A stretch of DNA of 64,000 nt from the NCBI RefSeq assembly GCF_963921235.1, contig NC_086107.1, forward strand, positions 86,366,001 to 86,430,000. The letters run 5' to 3'. The notes under the pieces were generated by a model, which was not told the DNA's origin, did not search any database, and saw only the letters and a program-made list of their open reading frames with translations. Numbering within the stretch: the first letter of the stretch is position 1; the number at the start of each line of letters is the position of its first letter. Source of the stretch: Mobula hypostoma. Lineage: Eukaryota. Below are positions 14,266 to 27,124 of the stretch, piece after piece. Both the position numbers and the translations under genes were made by a program.

Positions 14266-15030
14266 TTAAACTTTTTCCCCAGTGTGAACTCGGTAGTGTG
14301 CCACGAGGTTGGATGAGTGAGTGAATCCCTTCCCGCATTCGGAGCAGGTGAACGGCCTCTCTCCAGTGTGAACTCGGTAGTGGACCACAAGGGTAGATGA
14401 CTGAGTGAATCCCTTCCCACATTCAGAGCAGGTGAACGGCCGCTCCCCTGTGTGAATTCGCTGATGTAGCTTCAATTGAAATGATCGAGGAAATCCCTTC
14501 CCACAGTCTGAGCAGATGAAAGGCATCTCTCCAGTGTGAACTGACTGGTGTGCCAGTAGGTCAGATGACCGAGAGAATCCCTTCCCACAGTCCAAGCAGG
14601 TGAATGGCCTCTCCCCAGTGTGAACTTGCTGATGTACCTTCAGATGAGATGACCGTGTGAATCTTTTTCCACAGTCTGAGCAGATGAATGGTTTCTCCTC
14701 AGTGTGAACTGACTGGTGTGCCAGTAGGTGAGATGACCGAGAGAATCCCTTCTCACAATCTGAGCAGGTGAATGGCCTCTCTCCAGTGTGAACTGACTGA
14801 TGTGCATGTAGATTGCTTAACTGAGTGAATCTCTTCCCACACACAGAACAGGTGAATGGCCTCTCCCCAGTGTGCACTTGCTGGTGTCTCTGTAGGTGGG
14901 ATGACTGAGTAAATCTCTTCCCACAGTCTGAGCAGGTGAATGGTCTCTCCCCGGTGTGAACTCGCTGATGTACCCTCAGTTGAGATGAGTGAGGAAATCC
15001 CTTCCCACAGTCTGAGCAGGTAAACGGCAT
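14266..15030 (-). CDS. C2H2 zinc-finger protein A, 9 tandem fingers, no KRAB/SCAN/BTB
   Basis: 254 aa ORF with 9 CxxC..HxxxH units and TGERPF linkers; the upstream finger has C>R and an in-frame TGA, so the start codon is uncertain. Confidence 0.8.
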   Translation of the reverse strand: MPFTCSDCGKGFPHSSQLRVHQRVHTGERPFTCSDCGKRFTQSSHLQRHQQVHTGERPFTCSVCGKRFTQLSNLHAHQSVHTGERPFTCSDCEKGFSRSSHLLAHQSVHTEEKPFICSDCGKRFTRSSHLKVHQQVHTGERPFTCLDCGKGFSRSSDLLAHQSVHTGEMPFICSDCGKGFPRSFQLKLHQRIHTGERPFTCSECGKGFTQSSTLVVHYRVHTGERPFTCSECGKGFTHSSNLVAHYRVHTGEKV

Positions 15031-15955
15031 CTCCTCAGTGTGAACTGACTGGTGTGTCTGTCAGTGGGATGACTGCGTAAATCCCTTCCCACAATCTGAG
15101 CGGGTGAACAACCTCTCCCCAGTGTGAAATCGCATTTGATCAGGAGATCAAATGACCAAGTAAATAGCTTCCCACACGCAACAGCTGAAGTGTCTCTTTC
15201 CCTTGTAAACTCTGCAGGTGGGCTGACTGAGCGAATCTCGTCCCACATATGGAACAGGCGAACAGTCTCTCAATGGAGTGGATTTTCTGATGTGTCTTCA
15301 GCATGAATGACCCAATGATTCGCTTCCCACCATCTTGTCTTGTCCATACTGCACCAACCGCTGCCACTGGGCTATAAACGTGCAGGAGCAATGTGTGGTT
15401 AAGTGCCTTGCTCAAGGACACAACACGGTGCCTCAGCTGAGGCTCAAACTCGCGACCTTCAGATTACTAGTCCAATGCCTTAACCACTTGGCCACGCGCC
15501 AATACATCAGAACAGGTGAACCCTCTCACTTTTGATGTACCTTCAGGCTGGATGAGTAAGTAAATCCTCTCTCACACACAGAGTAGGCGAATGGCATCTG
15601 CACACTAAACTCCCTGGAGTGACTGTGGGTAGACTGGGTGAGTGAATCCCTTCCCAGACACACAACAGGTGAATGGCTTCTGTCCCCACAGTGAAGTCAC
15701 TAGCGTGTCTGCTGGTCAGTTGAGTGAGTGAATTTCTTCCCAGACAGGTAACAGGTAACTGGCCTCTCCCATGGTGAATTCATTGGTGTGTCTGTAGTTT
15801 GGCTGAGTGAGTGAATCTCTTCCCAGACACAGAATAAGTGAATGGTCTCTCTCCCCACAATGAACTCACTGCTGGGTCTGTGGGTCAGCTGAGTGAGCGA
15901 ATCCCTTGTTGTTGTGCTTGAAATTCCCGTGCACAAATTCTTTGCAGTTTCTAAC
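15031..15955 (-). other. 5' part of ZNF A exon 2, made of decayed fingers; acceptor TACAG|GTTAG at 15956/15955
   Basis: Disabled finger repeats; acceptor context matches gene B at 28903/28904. Confidence 0.7.
15335..15500 (-). mobile_element. tRNA-derived SINE inserted in the ZNF A 5' region
   Basis: A-box TGGCCAAGTGG, B-box-like GAGTTTGAGCC, core GTGTCCTTGAGCAAGGCACTTAACC. Confidence 0.75.
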
Positions 15956-16924
15956 CTGTAGAAAGATTTACAAAAGACATCAGTGGGTGAAGGACAGCAT
16001 TTTGGATGAGATCATTTTAGTCTCGATGATGAGATCTGACATCACACTGTTACAAGGTTCAACCCACACTAGAGGAACAACTCCATCTTCTAAATGGGCC
16101 CTGATCAGGCGTCCAGACTGACCATCAAATTCTCTATTTTCCTGTCTATATCACAATGGGACATCTCTACCCACTCCCAATCTGTGATGTCACTCAGTTT
16201 GTCTCTCTGCATTTGTATTATTTCAAGTTCTAGTCACGTCCCACAGCGGTACAAAGAGCACATGGCTGATCCTGGAGACTTTCTCATTACTCTGACCCCT
16301 TGCCCCCTCAGGTGATTGACGGTGGTGAACTCATCGATGGCAATGCCAATGAATATGAAGGGGAGGGCAGCAGTCTTTCTCATTGGAGTGTAGCACTATT
16401 GTCATGTGAAAGCTACAGGTCACTTGTTACCCAGGACAAGATAATTGATATCATTATGTACCCAGAGAGAATGGGACAACACATGTCCTCACAGGTACAA
16501 AGGTCCAGAGCAAGAGGAGGTGGAACACACTTGATTTTCTCAAGAACTAAATCTGATGGAAGGATTTTGTGCTTGTTTCCCATGCAACACTAATTGCCAT
16601 TTTCATTGACTGAATGGTAGACTCTTCACTTGAGACTAACTCAGAGATACATTTCTGTCCAGTTCCTAATCCTTGAATTAAATAACCGGAGCTCAGCAGT
16701 GTCTGAGATCCATCCACTCCTATTCCCCCTGCCTGCACTTCCAAACACACCCTATGGACTGACAGTGAATGCCGTGGTAGTGTCAACAACAGTTGCCTCT
16801 GTACTAGAACTGCCTGTGAACAACTCTACCAAAAGTGAAGTCCACAAGATGGGTCATGAAGCAAGTCCCTTCATTTCCTATCAGATGTGATTCTGCTACC
16901 ATTGGAGCCTGTTATTTACATTCT

Positions 16925-18330
16925 GATGGTGTGTCCTTCAAAGATACACTTAATGTCAGAGAAATGTATACAATATACATCCTGAAATGCTTTTTCTTCA
17001 CAACCATCTACAAAAGCAGAGGAGCGCCCCCAAAGAGTGAATGACAGTTAAATGTTAGAACCCCAAAGTCCCCCAGGCTCCCCTCCCTCCCGTGTGTAAG
17101 CAGCAGCGACCCCCCCTTCCCCATCAGCAAAAAAAAAATCAGCACCCACCACCAAGCACTCAAGCGTACAGCAAAGACACAGACTTGCAGTACCCCAAGG
17201 ACTACTCATTCACCCAGTATTCGACATACCATCTAACAAGGGAGAAAGGGGTGTCCCCGTTTCACAGCGAGAGGGGAGACATAACAAACAACTTGCTGGT
17301 TTATGATGTTAAAAGTCTGTTGCTTTGCTTTTTCTGAGCTCTGTGTCCAAAGATCTCAGGTCTCTGGGCACACAGCCACAGATCTTCCGACTCCCATGAT
17401 CTCCTGCCGGGACACCGACCTTCGATCCGCCTGTCTCCAGAGCCAGGAGATCTTGGACATACGAAGGCGAGCAAAGCTCTCAGGCCGCCGCCTTGGTGTG
17501 TCAAATAACAGCCAGTCATGAAACTCCAAGAGCGGGTCCCATTCTCTCAAAGAACTAAAGTCAGCATGTAACTGCAGGTCAGGGTCTTCAAAAGTACCTT
17601 GAAAGAAGAAAATAGAGATATTAAAGATAGAAATAGAGCTGTTTTCGAAGATGCAAGCAAAGGATTCACCGTTTAGCGCCATCCACAAGGTGATCTGGGC
17701 GATCTAGCACTTTGCTGCCTCTTAGGGAGTTGGCTGAAGTCTCCAGCGAAGTGTACAGCCTGGAGTCAGGGCGTGGACCCATGACTGACTCCATCTCCCA
17801 CTGATTAACGCACTGAGATAGATTATAATCATTGAAGTGGACGCAGAGGGCGAGCGAGTGTTCAGCACCATCTATCTTTGGCTGCTGCCAAAGGAAGGTC
17901 TCTCTCTCTCTCTTTATGCACCAGAGGGAAGGTCCTTGCATTTGAATGACCTCTGTCCCTCGATGCTGTCAGAAGACGGTGCTGGAGCAAGGTTTAATCA
18001 ATGCAGTTTGTGGACTTTGGACTCTAATTCATGTATGATGTGTTTCTAGCTTTTCTGGTTGCCCCTTTTTGTTGCTAGTTTGGGCAATTTCGAAGCTGAG
18101 TGGCCTGCAGATAATGAACACTGAGCTGAACTGAACTATGGCTTTTAATTCTGTTTCCCAGCTCGTTATGTTGCTTTTTGCACGATTCGTTGTTTCTTTT
18201 TCGCGTGGGTGGAGTGGGCTTGATGTTTTTTTTCTTTGAATGGGTTCGATGGTTATCGTGGGGAAGAATCTCAGAGTTGTATACTGCATGCATTCTTTGA
18301 TAATAAATGTACTTTGAATAAGAAACAAAA
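16925..18330. repeat. Intronic LINE 3'-UTR-derived repeats in both orientations
   Basis: Tail motifs shared with ~1540-1595, 9200-9380 and 22160-22400; absent from the paralogous gene B intron. Confidence 0.5.
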
Positions 18331-18339
18331 GTCAGTCCC

Positions 18340-18845
18340 AGCAATACGCATGCGCTGCAGAAATGGCGCCAGCAGCTTCGCTCATCAGCGGAAAGCTCCC
18401 CGGGGCCCGGGTACGGATCTTGAGGCTGAGAGAGGAAAAAGGACCAGGACTCTCCCGGGTTTGCAGGGCCACGGTGTGTTCGGAGATCGCAACAATTGTC
18501 CCCCAGTCGCGGTGCGAACGCCAGTGCCAACTGAACCATCGCCCGGAACCTCGCCCTTACCTGCGGTGGATCCTCCTGAGCCTGGTGGCCACTGAGCGCA
18601 TGCGCGACATTCGGGAATGTATCGACCCTGACGCTTGCGTATTAGATCGAAGGTGAATTCTGAAGCGCGGAGGTTCTTGGGTAAACAAGATGCCATTAAT
18701 AGTGCCCGCAAGCACCTGTTCCACGCCGCACGCCTCAAGAACAGTCAATGCTTTTATGAAGAAAACTCAGCAGCTACTTTAACGCAGCAAGGTCCCACAA
18801 ACAATATACTCAATATCAACAGGTATTCTGTGTGTCAACTGTCAA
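18340..18845 (-). promoter_or_regulatory. CpG-rich promoter and non-coding exon 1 of ZNF A
   Basis: CGCATGCG (NRF1-type) at 18347-18354 and 18597-18604; donor CAG|GTAAG with intron starting at 18560; homologous to 27575-28050. Confidence 0.75.
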
Positions 18846-18875
18846 TGCGGACCCTACTTACAAACGCAGATATAA

Positions 18876-19095
18876 AACACGAGATTCCGCAGATTCTCGA
18901 AACATTAAGTGACACACAAATTCAGGAGGAACTCAGCAGGTTGTGCAGCATCGATGCCGAAGAATAAACAGCCGAGGCTCAATCCGAACCCTTTCACCAG
19001 TCACCAACATGTTGAAGGAAAGGTCTTGACCCAAACCTTCGACTGTTTATTCTTCTCCATTGATGCTGCCTGACCCACCGAGTTCCTCCAGCGTT
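18876..19095. mobile_element. Inverted pair of Penelope tails
   Basis: Minus tail 18876-19000 followed by plus tail 19010-19095, imperfect inverted repeat. Confidence 0.65.
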
Positions 19096-19149
19096 TCTTC
19101 AAAAATAAACAACCTTTTTTATTTCTTTCCAGCCGTTTCCACGTGCTGA

Positions 19150-20290
19150 TCCATGCCCTGAGCTCATCTGCCTTTCATACGATACTTCTTGCATTGAAGA
19201 TACGCAGCTCAGGACATTAGACGCATAATACTCAATCTTTTGATTCCTGACTTTGTCTAAGGTTTGTGTCTCCACAACCTCTACACTATCTGTTTTAGCA
19301 CACTGGTTCCCATCCCCTGCAACTCTAGTTGAACCCCCGCAACCTGTGCAGCACTAGCAAACATTCTCACTAGGATGTTAGCCCGACTCCAGTTTAAATT
19401 TCAGATGCAAACCACCTCTCCTGTACAGGTCCCATTTTCCCCGGGGTGAGAGCCCAGTGATCCAAAAATCTGACACCTTCCCTTCTACACCAAACCCTCA
19501 GCCACGTATTAAAGTGTATAACCTTCCTACTTCCGGCCTCACTAGCATGCGGCATGGGTAGCAATCGTGCAACTACAGCCCTAGAGGTCCTGCCCTTTAA
19601 CTTAGCACCAAACTCTCTGAACTCATTTTACAGAACCTTGTCATTCTCTCTACCAATGTCATTGGTACCTACATGGACAACAACCTCCGACTGTTAATCC
19701 TCCCACTTAAGAATGCTGAGGACTCGACTGGCGATGTCTTGGACCTTCCACATGGTAACAACGTACCATCCAGGAACCTCATTCTCATCTAGAAAACCTC
19801 CTTTCTGATCTCCTAACTAATTTATACCCTATCACTACAGCTCACCTCTTCTCCCCCCCTCCCTTCACACTGAGTCACAGAACAATATTCGGTGCCAGAG
19901 ACATGACTGCTGTGACTTTCCTCTGATAGGTCATTTCTGCCCCAACCCCTCCTCATCCCCCCCCCCCACAAACCTATCCGGATTGGTACACCTGTTACTA
20001 AGGAGGATGACCACTGTGTAACTTTGCACTGGCTTTTAACCCTTTCCCCTTCCTATCACCCAGTGTCTTGTGTCCTGCATCTTGGGTGTAACTACCTCTT
20101 TGCAATCTATAACCCATCAGCCTCGCAAATGATCTGGAGTTCATCCAGTTTCAGCTCCAATTCCCTGACAGAGTGCTAGAAGCTGCAGTTGAATATACTC
20201 CTCACAGGTGTAGTCGTCCGGGACACTGGAGGTCTCCCTGTCTTCCCACATAACACTATCCTGCCTGGCATCTCTACTGTTCTATCTGTG
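19150..20290 (-). mobile_element. CR1 LINE ORF1 region (SGNH esterase), decayed
   Basis: VHVGTNDIG at ~19652-19678 on the minus strand. Confidence 0.75.
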
Positions 20291-20413
20291 CATACATAAA
20301 AAAGGAAAAAAAAATAACAAGAAATAAGCTGTGGGGAGAAAGTCTACCTGCAGCTTTTCACTTTCTCTCACTCAAGCCTATCCTTGCTGAAGCCTTGAAG
20401 AGCCAAAGGGTTG

Positions 20414-20575
20414 GAACCCTTCGTCAGGACTGAAGAGGGAAGGGGCAGAGGACCTATAAAGAAGGTGGGGTCTCTGCCCCTTCCCTCTTCAGTCCTGACG
20501 AAGGGTTCTGGCCCAAAACATCAACTGATCGTTTCCACGGATGCTGCCCGACCTGCTGAGTTCCTCCAGCATGTT
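20414..20575 (+). mobile_element. Penelope tail with a perfect 37 bp inverted repeat
   Basis: 20414-20450 is the exact reverse complement of 20472-20508. Confidence 0.8.
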
Positions 20576-20734
20576 GTGGGATTTTCCTTGTACTCTCTAC
20601 AGTAAGACTGATACAGAACATCTGTTTATCCCTCTGCACCTCCCTTTATTTTCACTTAGAATGCAGTACCCACAGACAAACTTACAGTATGTTTTACATT
20701 TCCAGCTGATTTGTGATTTTTTTCCCCTTCCTAA

Positions 20735-21030
20735 TTGGTGGCCTAATAGCGTAGCAGTTAGTGTGATGCTATTAAAGCTTATGGTGGCAGAGTTCAATTC
20801 TGGTGTCCACTGTAAGCAAGTCTGTACATTCCTGCCCGTGTGTGTGTGTGTTTCCTCTGGGTGCTATGGTTTCCTCCCGCAGTCCAAAGACATCCTCGTT
20901 GGTAGTTGGTTATTTGTTCATTGTAAACTCTCCTGTGGTTAGGCTAAGGTTAAATCTGTGGGTTGCTGGCAGTGCAGCTCGAAGGCCAGAAGGGCCTATT
21001 CTGCGATGTATTTCTAAAATGTAGTAAAAT
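20735..21030 (+). mobile_element. V-SINE/HE1-like SINE
   Basis: Degenerate tRNA-like head, GTTTCCTCTGGGTGCTATGGTTTCCTCCCGCAGTCCAAAGAC core, CR1-like tail. Confidence 0.6.
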
Positions 21031-21199
21031 AATCTCTTAGTCATTCTTTGCAGTATTTATTCCTGGGTTCTGACCTGTCACTATTTATATCTTATATTCT
21101 TTTTGTTAAATGTTATATGAACATTTTTGATCATAAGTGATGCAACCTCCTCTTTTACAATCTGGACTTGTGGTGCTGTACTGGAGTCTTGCCTCCAAT

Positions 21200-22140
21200 C
21201 TTCTTCTTCTTCATGTGCCTTGTGTGTTACATGCTTGGGTGATCATGGCTTTCCACGTCGAATGATCCCATGCAGTGTCAATGATATCTCACACACTTAG
21301 ATCCATTAGTTCTTTCACAGTGTCCATATATTTTCTTCTCTGTGGATTGTCACCTTGTTGCGGTGGAGAAGCTCGTGTGGTCCTGAGATCCCGAGAGCGA
21401 TGCCGTCTGGAGCTATGCTCCTGGTAGGGTCACCCATGGCGGTAAGGTCGAGGGTGAGGTCCCTGACAAAGAACAATCCAACCAAGACCTCAACGGTGGA
21501 ACAGGCAGGCGAAGTTACTTCGAACTCAATGGCTGTGAAGGCGGATGAAGGCTACAACAAATCCATCAGCTCCAATTGTTGTGGTTTCCATGTCATTGGA
21601 ATCAGTTGGTTGATTTGTGAAATATCGTGTGCTTCTTGGAGTGCAACATCAAGTACACATTAAACAAATACATGCACAGGCATCTTCGCTCTGTACGGAA
21701 TGAAGACCATCATCCCCGACCTCGAGGGATAGCCACAACAACAATATTTTCTTCTTTGCCTTCCTCTTCCGCGTTTCCCAGGTATACAGCCTTATAACGT
21801 AAGGCATTCTATTTCTCCCTTTCTGATGACATGGCCCAGGAATCTAAGTTTCCTCTCACTTGATGTTCTCATTAAAGATCTTTTTGTATGGGCACGTTGG
21901 AGTCTCATTAGTTACCCTATCTCTATATGATATTTTCACCATTCTTCTAAGAAGCTACATTTCTGTTGCTTCTAAGTTTCTTTGGAGTTCTGGTGTTATA
22001 GTCCATGTCTCGGAAGCACACAGCAAGATTGACCAGATGTAACATATTATGTGACAGGCCTCCAATATTAACTTGTTTAAATTTGTAGTGCAGCAGGGTC
22101 CCACTGAATCCCTTTTTACATGGTAAATTCCAAGTCATAA
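21200..22140 (-). mobile_element. RTE-like LINE 3' fragment with (GAA)n tail
   Basis: KLRFLGHVIRK-type C-terminal reading; (TTC)n at ~21200-21212. Confidence 0.6.
21340..21743 (+). mobile_element. Complete ~400 bp non-autonomous RTE-derived retroposon
   Basis: 12 bp TSD ATATTTTCTTCT at 21328-21339 and 21744-21755; RTE/Expander-like 5' end; (CAA)n tail. Confidence 0.75.
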
Positions 22141-22919
22141 TACTTTGTCACAAAGTGCTCTTACCAAAGATTCAAAGTACATTTATTATCAAATTACGTT
22201 TACAGAATACAACTCTGAGGTTCGTCCTCCTGCAGGTAGCCACGAATACCATGGAAACTATTGAAGAAAACATCAAATACCCAACTCGTGAAAAAGAATA
22301 AATTGTGCAAATGGCAAAAAGCAAGCAGATAACACATAGAGTTTCAAATGTTAAACCAGGAGTTCTATAGTATTCTGTTTAGTTCGGTTCAGCATCATGC
22401 CACGGGCCGAATGCAGGTCTTACGGCTTTTGTCTGTACCTATCGCCCCAATCAAACTGCTCAAAAACAGCAAAAAAAATAACCAGAATTCAGGGAAAAAT
22501 GTAACATGAGCACCCATGTCCCCCAAAATGAGTCCACTGCCTCTCTGGTCAATTGCTGCAACATGGATTTCAAGACTCCCACACTTTCCTTCGACAGCAG
22601 CTGGCAAGGGGGAGAGGAAAGCTGGTCAGATGCTAGCAGACGGCACTGAACACCCATTCCTCCTCGTCAGCTTCAACCTCGCTTGATGCCTCAGTCAGAG
22701 AGAAGCAATGCAGCCCATCATGGGTTTGTGCCCCGTCTCTAAGCTAACAGGCCTCCAGGCCACAAACTCCACTCCGAATTCTCACTGAACTCCCTCGGAG
22801 ACGTCGAAGCAACAGAACACTCAACCAGTCTAAAAACACACCATTAAAATGTAAATTACAGGTCTCAATCATACACAGCTTAGTAGCAGAATCATATCTG
22901 AAAGAAGAACTAAAAGAAC

Positions 22920-23910
22920 AATACGCACAATGTACCGGAGGAGCTCAGCAGGTCAGATGCCATCTATGGATGGGAATAAACAGTGACGTTTCAGGCCAAG
23001 ACAATTCGTCAAGACTGGAAAGGAAGGGAGAAGTCAAAATAGGAATGTGGGAGGAGGGGACGAAGAAGTACAAGGTGACCGGTGATGGGCGAAATTGGGA
23101 GAGGAGGAGGGGTGAATTAAAGTCAAGTCAAATCAAGTCAAATTTATTTATAAAGCACATTTGAAATAACCCATGTTGACCAAAGTGCTGTACAATCCAT
23201 AACAGGTAGCTAAAATCACAAATACAAGAAACAGATATAAACAAGAAGGAACACAGCTTATGGGTACAAGCCAAAATTCAGCCACATCAGGAAGATTCAA
23301 ATGCCAGTGAATAAAGTAAGTTTTGAGCCTGGACTTAAAAGAGTCAAGGGAGGGGGCAGATCTGATAGGGAGGGGAATGCTGTTCCACTTACATTTAGAT
23401 CGCGGGACAGCCAGGAGCCCCAAGTCAGCCGACCTAAGGGACTTGGAAGTAGAGTAAGTGGTCAGAAGGTCTGTGATATAAGGGGGAGCCAGCCCATTTA
23501 GGGCTTTAAAAACAAACAGGAGAACCTTAAGATCAATTCTAAACCGTACTAGCCAGTGGAGAGAGGCCAGGATAGAAGTAATATTGTCCCTCTTCCGGGC
23601 GTTGATTGGTGGAAGTAATATGATCCTTCTTCCTGGGAGTTGATTGGTGGAAGAGCTAGAAGGCTGGAGAAGGGGGAATCTGATAGAAGAGGACAAAAGA
23701 CCATGGAAGAAAGGGAAAGGGGAGGAGCACTGAAGGGAGGTGATGGGCAGGTGAGAAGAGAATGTGTGACATGGAAACAAGAATGGGAAATAGTGAAGGA
23801 AAGGAGGGGAGTAATTTCCAGAAGTTCGAGAAATCGATGTTCATCCCATCAGGTTGGAGGTTACCTAGTTGGAATACAACCCCTCTTCTCCTTCACCATT
23901 CCCCATTCCC
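22920..23910 (-). mobile_element. Penelope tail split by an L2 insertion
   Basis: Degenerate hammerhead at ~22981-23015; purine tract; MNIDFSNF at ~23820-23845. Confidence 0.75.
23118..23600 (-). mobile_element. L2 LINE 3' fragment
   Basis: DNITSILASLHWLVRFRIDLKVLLFVFKALNGLAPPY...FKSRLKTY; AATAAA plus (TTGAC)-type tail. Confidence 0.85.
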
Positions 23911-24740
23911 AAACTTGGCCACAAAGGCATCAATTCTATCATCCAAATTGTTGACATATAACATAGAGTGGTCACGACACGGACCCCTGTGGAATACTAT
24001 AAATCACCAGTAGCCAACTAGAAAAGCCTCCTATTATTAACACTCTTTGCCTCTTGCCAATCAGCCAATGCTCTATCCATGCTAGGACCTTTACTGAAAT
24101 ACCATGGACCTTTAACTTATTCAGTAGCCTCATATGTGGCACTTTGTCTGAAGATCCAAGTACACAAATTATGAGCGTACAACAGTTATTGTTTGTCTAT
24201 CCTGCTTGTTATTTCTTCAAAGATGTGTCAGACAAGATTTTCTTTGGAGAAAACTATGTGACTTTGGCCCATGTTATCATCTCCCTCCAAGTACCCTGAA
24301 ACATCATTCTTAACAATTGACTCCAATATCTTCCCAACCACTGACTTCAGGCCAAATTGGCCCATAATTTCCTTTCTCCTGCCTCTCTCCCTTTTTGGAG
24401 AGACATTTGCAATTTCCCTGTGATCTGGACAACGCCAGAATCCATTGATTCTCAAAAGTTCATTTACTAGTGCTTCCACAATCTCTTCAGCCATCTCTTT
24501 TGGAACCCTGGGGCGCAGACCCTTCCCAAGCAGCTTCTCTCTAATAATGGCAACTTTGCTCACTTCTGCCTTGACACTTTCGAACTTCAGGCATACTGCT
24601 AGTGTCTTCTACCATGAAGACTGATGCAAAATACTCACAGTATTCAGCTCATCCACCATTTCCTCATTCATTACTACCTCTCCAGAATTATGTTTTAGTG
24701 GTCTGACATCGACATTTGACTCTCTTTTACTGTTTAAAAT
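23910..24740 (-). mobile_element. CR1 LINE RT fragment
   Basis: PRVPKEMAEEIVEALV...IANVSP...SVVGKILESIVK. Confidence 0.8.
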
Positions 24741-25854
24741 CTGAAGAAACATGACTTTCAATACAACTTATTTGAGTCAACCATTGTTTCATACGTTCTA
24801 TGAAAGCAGTACTAAGGCTAAAAATGTTTGAAAAACAACTATTTTGCTTTCACCTGTTTGTCCCTGGGAAATAATGGGATTAGCATGTGATGTTGCTTAA
24901 CAACAGCTTCACAGTGACTGGTCAAATCCCCAAGTCAAGTTAGCACTTGTAAGTTGTTTTCCTTATTTCCCATAAAATCCTTAATTAGTGATTTTCATCC
25001 TTTAATTTTGTTCACATTTGTTTTACATGTATACTCTTTTTGAAGACTTTTGATTCTATTTGCTAAAGCTTTCAAATTAAGTTTAACTTCTCTTTTGCAA
25101 ACCCCAACTTCAAGGTCACTGACGACAGTTTCACACTTCTATGCACTCATGTTACTTTCTCCCTATTGAGCCTCTTGCAATTAACTCTTTGTTCACCTGC
25201 AGCGCATCTGCAAAACACACCAGCGATATCCTGTTCAATAAACCTAGGAATCAGACTGATCGCGCATCCACAGAGTTTAAACCAGGGCAAACAAACAGTG
25301 TTTATTTCAAATATCGGCAACCAGGACCAGGTTTCAGCACTTCAATACAGCGAAGCAACAAAATCCTCAGGCAAACTCCGTGCAATCGAGCAACGGTCCC
25401 CAATGGACAGGCAGCGCTGACCAATCAAAACTGTGTTCAAACCATGAATACACAGCATGAACGAACAAAAGTCTGAGGAACATCTGAAAGCAAGCTGCTC
25501 CAGTTGCTGGCATTCAGTCTTCCCAGTGTTGTGATTCCAATTTCTCCAACGGGTCCGGGGCAATCGTTTGCCAGAGACTGGTATTCATTTGGAATAACTA
25601 CGTGCTGCGGTTACTTGAAAACAAACCAAAACAGCTGAGACGGTGTACAGGAGTTGGCACTGTGTGACGTGCTCCCAGTTCGCTGAGTTCCAAGTCAAAA
25701 AAGGTATGATCGATCCTTTGTTATCAAACCAGCCAAAATGAGCAATCTGCAGTGACAAAAACTAACAAAACTAAAATTAATGACGTGTCCCAATTAGTAT
25801 AATTAAGTGAAAGTAATAAATAAGCGTACTTAGCAGAGAACAAAAATAAACTTT

Positions 25855-26090
25855 TTTTTATTGAGATTCAGTGTGGATTAGCCCCTCTGGCCCTTTGAGC
25901 TGCCTTGCCCAGCAATCCCACAATTTAATCCTCGCCTAATCTCGGGACAATTTACAATGGGCAATTAACCTACCAACTGGTACGGCTTTGACTGTGGGAG
26001 GGAACCGGAGCACCCAGGGTGAAACCACGCAACCACAGGGAGAACGTACAACCTCCGTACAGTCAGTGGGGGGACCATTCCCCGGTTGCC
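25855..26090 (-). mobile_element. V-SINE/HE1-like SINE
   Basis: TGTGGGAGGGAACCGGAGCACCC...GGGAGAACGTACA. Confidence 0.65.
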
Positions 26091-26329
26091 TCTAACTCTC
26101 AACTAGACTAAACTGACTACCTGAGAGAAAGCAAGAATATGAAACTATACTCATTTGCTTCTATCGCACCCCAACCCACGTGACAAATGCCCATAAAAAA
26201 ACACGCAACACAAAATACAATACAGACAGACAGAAATTAACCTCCATGGCTCCTACAGTTGTCGATCCTTGGAACAGAAGTCAAATCTCATCCCAGCTGG
26301 AAACATGCATCTGCTTTCATCCAAGCAGA

Positions 26330-26715
26330 AACACCAGCAAGTTTGCAATGGGGGGAGGCCGTTCACCTGCTTCATGTAGGTAGGGATTCATCCCAGCATC
26401 TGACCTGCAAAAGCACCAGACAGTTCACATTTGTGAGGCTTCAGTGAGTCAGCAATAAGTAGAGGCAACACTTCTGTGAGTGAGCAAAGAGATTTACTCA
26501 TTCGTCCCACCAGCAACTTCACACCAGGGAGAAAGTTCAAATAATATGCATGTTAACATTTTTAACCACCATAGTGACTGAATTCACTTGCAAGTTCCTG
26601 ACCGATCGTTAATGTCAGATTCTGCAGGCTGCTTATCACATCCAGGACTGAACCCCGGTCACTGAGCATTGGAGGGGTTTGCTCTGCTGATGTCAGGCTT
26701 AAATTAACCTGGTGC
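26330..26715 (+). pseudogene. C2H2 ZNF relic with family 3' UTR
   Basis: GGRPFTCFM*VGIH-like decayed finger; UTR motif CATCCAGGACTGAACCCCGGTCACTGAGCATTGG as in other copies. Confidence 0.65.
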
Positions 26716-27124
26716 TTACTGTCTGTCTCTTGTCACACACCCATTGTGCGGTAGAGGGGCCACTCAGTCCAACTGGTCACTGTCTGTGTTTCTGTTCCAT
26801 AACAGTACTTTCAAACCCACCCCTGCTGTTCACCTCTCACTCTCCCTGTGATGACAGGTTACAACTGGTCTCCACTCTGTTGGTTTCCCTAAAGTTTCCT
26901 CTATGACTTTCTGCAGAGAGCAGAAAACAATTTCACTGGGGTTTTGTCTCAAATATTCCTCTTCCCTCAGGGCGAAGGGACAATATCCTGGGTGGTTCAA
27001 CTTCTTCCCTGCTCTCCTCGATGTTATGGGTTGTTTTCACTGATTTCAAAGGGTTGTACTTCACACAGCTGGTTTGTTCTAAACCACTCTCCTCTAAATT
27101 ATAAGAACAGATGACAATGCTATC

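Noticed and set aside
15430-15500. tRNA gene
   Set aside because: tRNA-like head continues into a SINE core; no acceptor stem or terminator
23148-23780. 210 aa ORF as a host gene
   Set aside because: Penelope tract joined to an L2 ORF2 end
24750-25850. Possible Tigger-like transposase remnant or exon
   Set aside because: Only vague similarity; no motif, TIR or splice pair I can support
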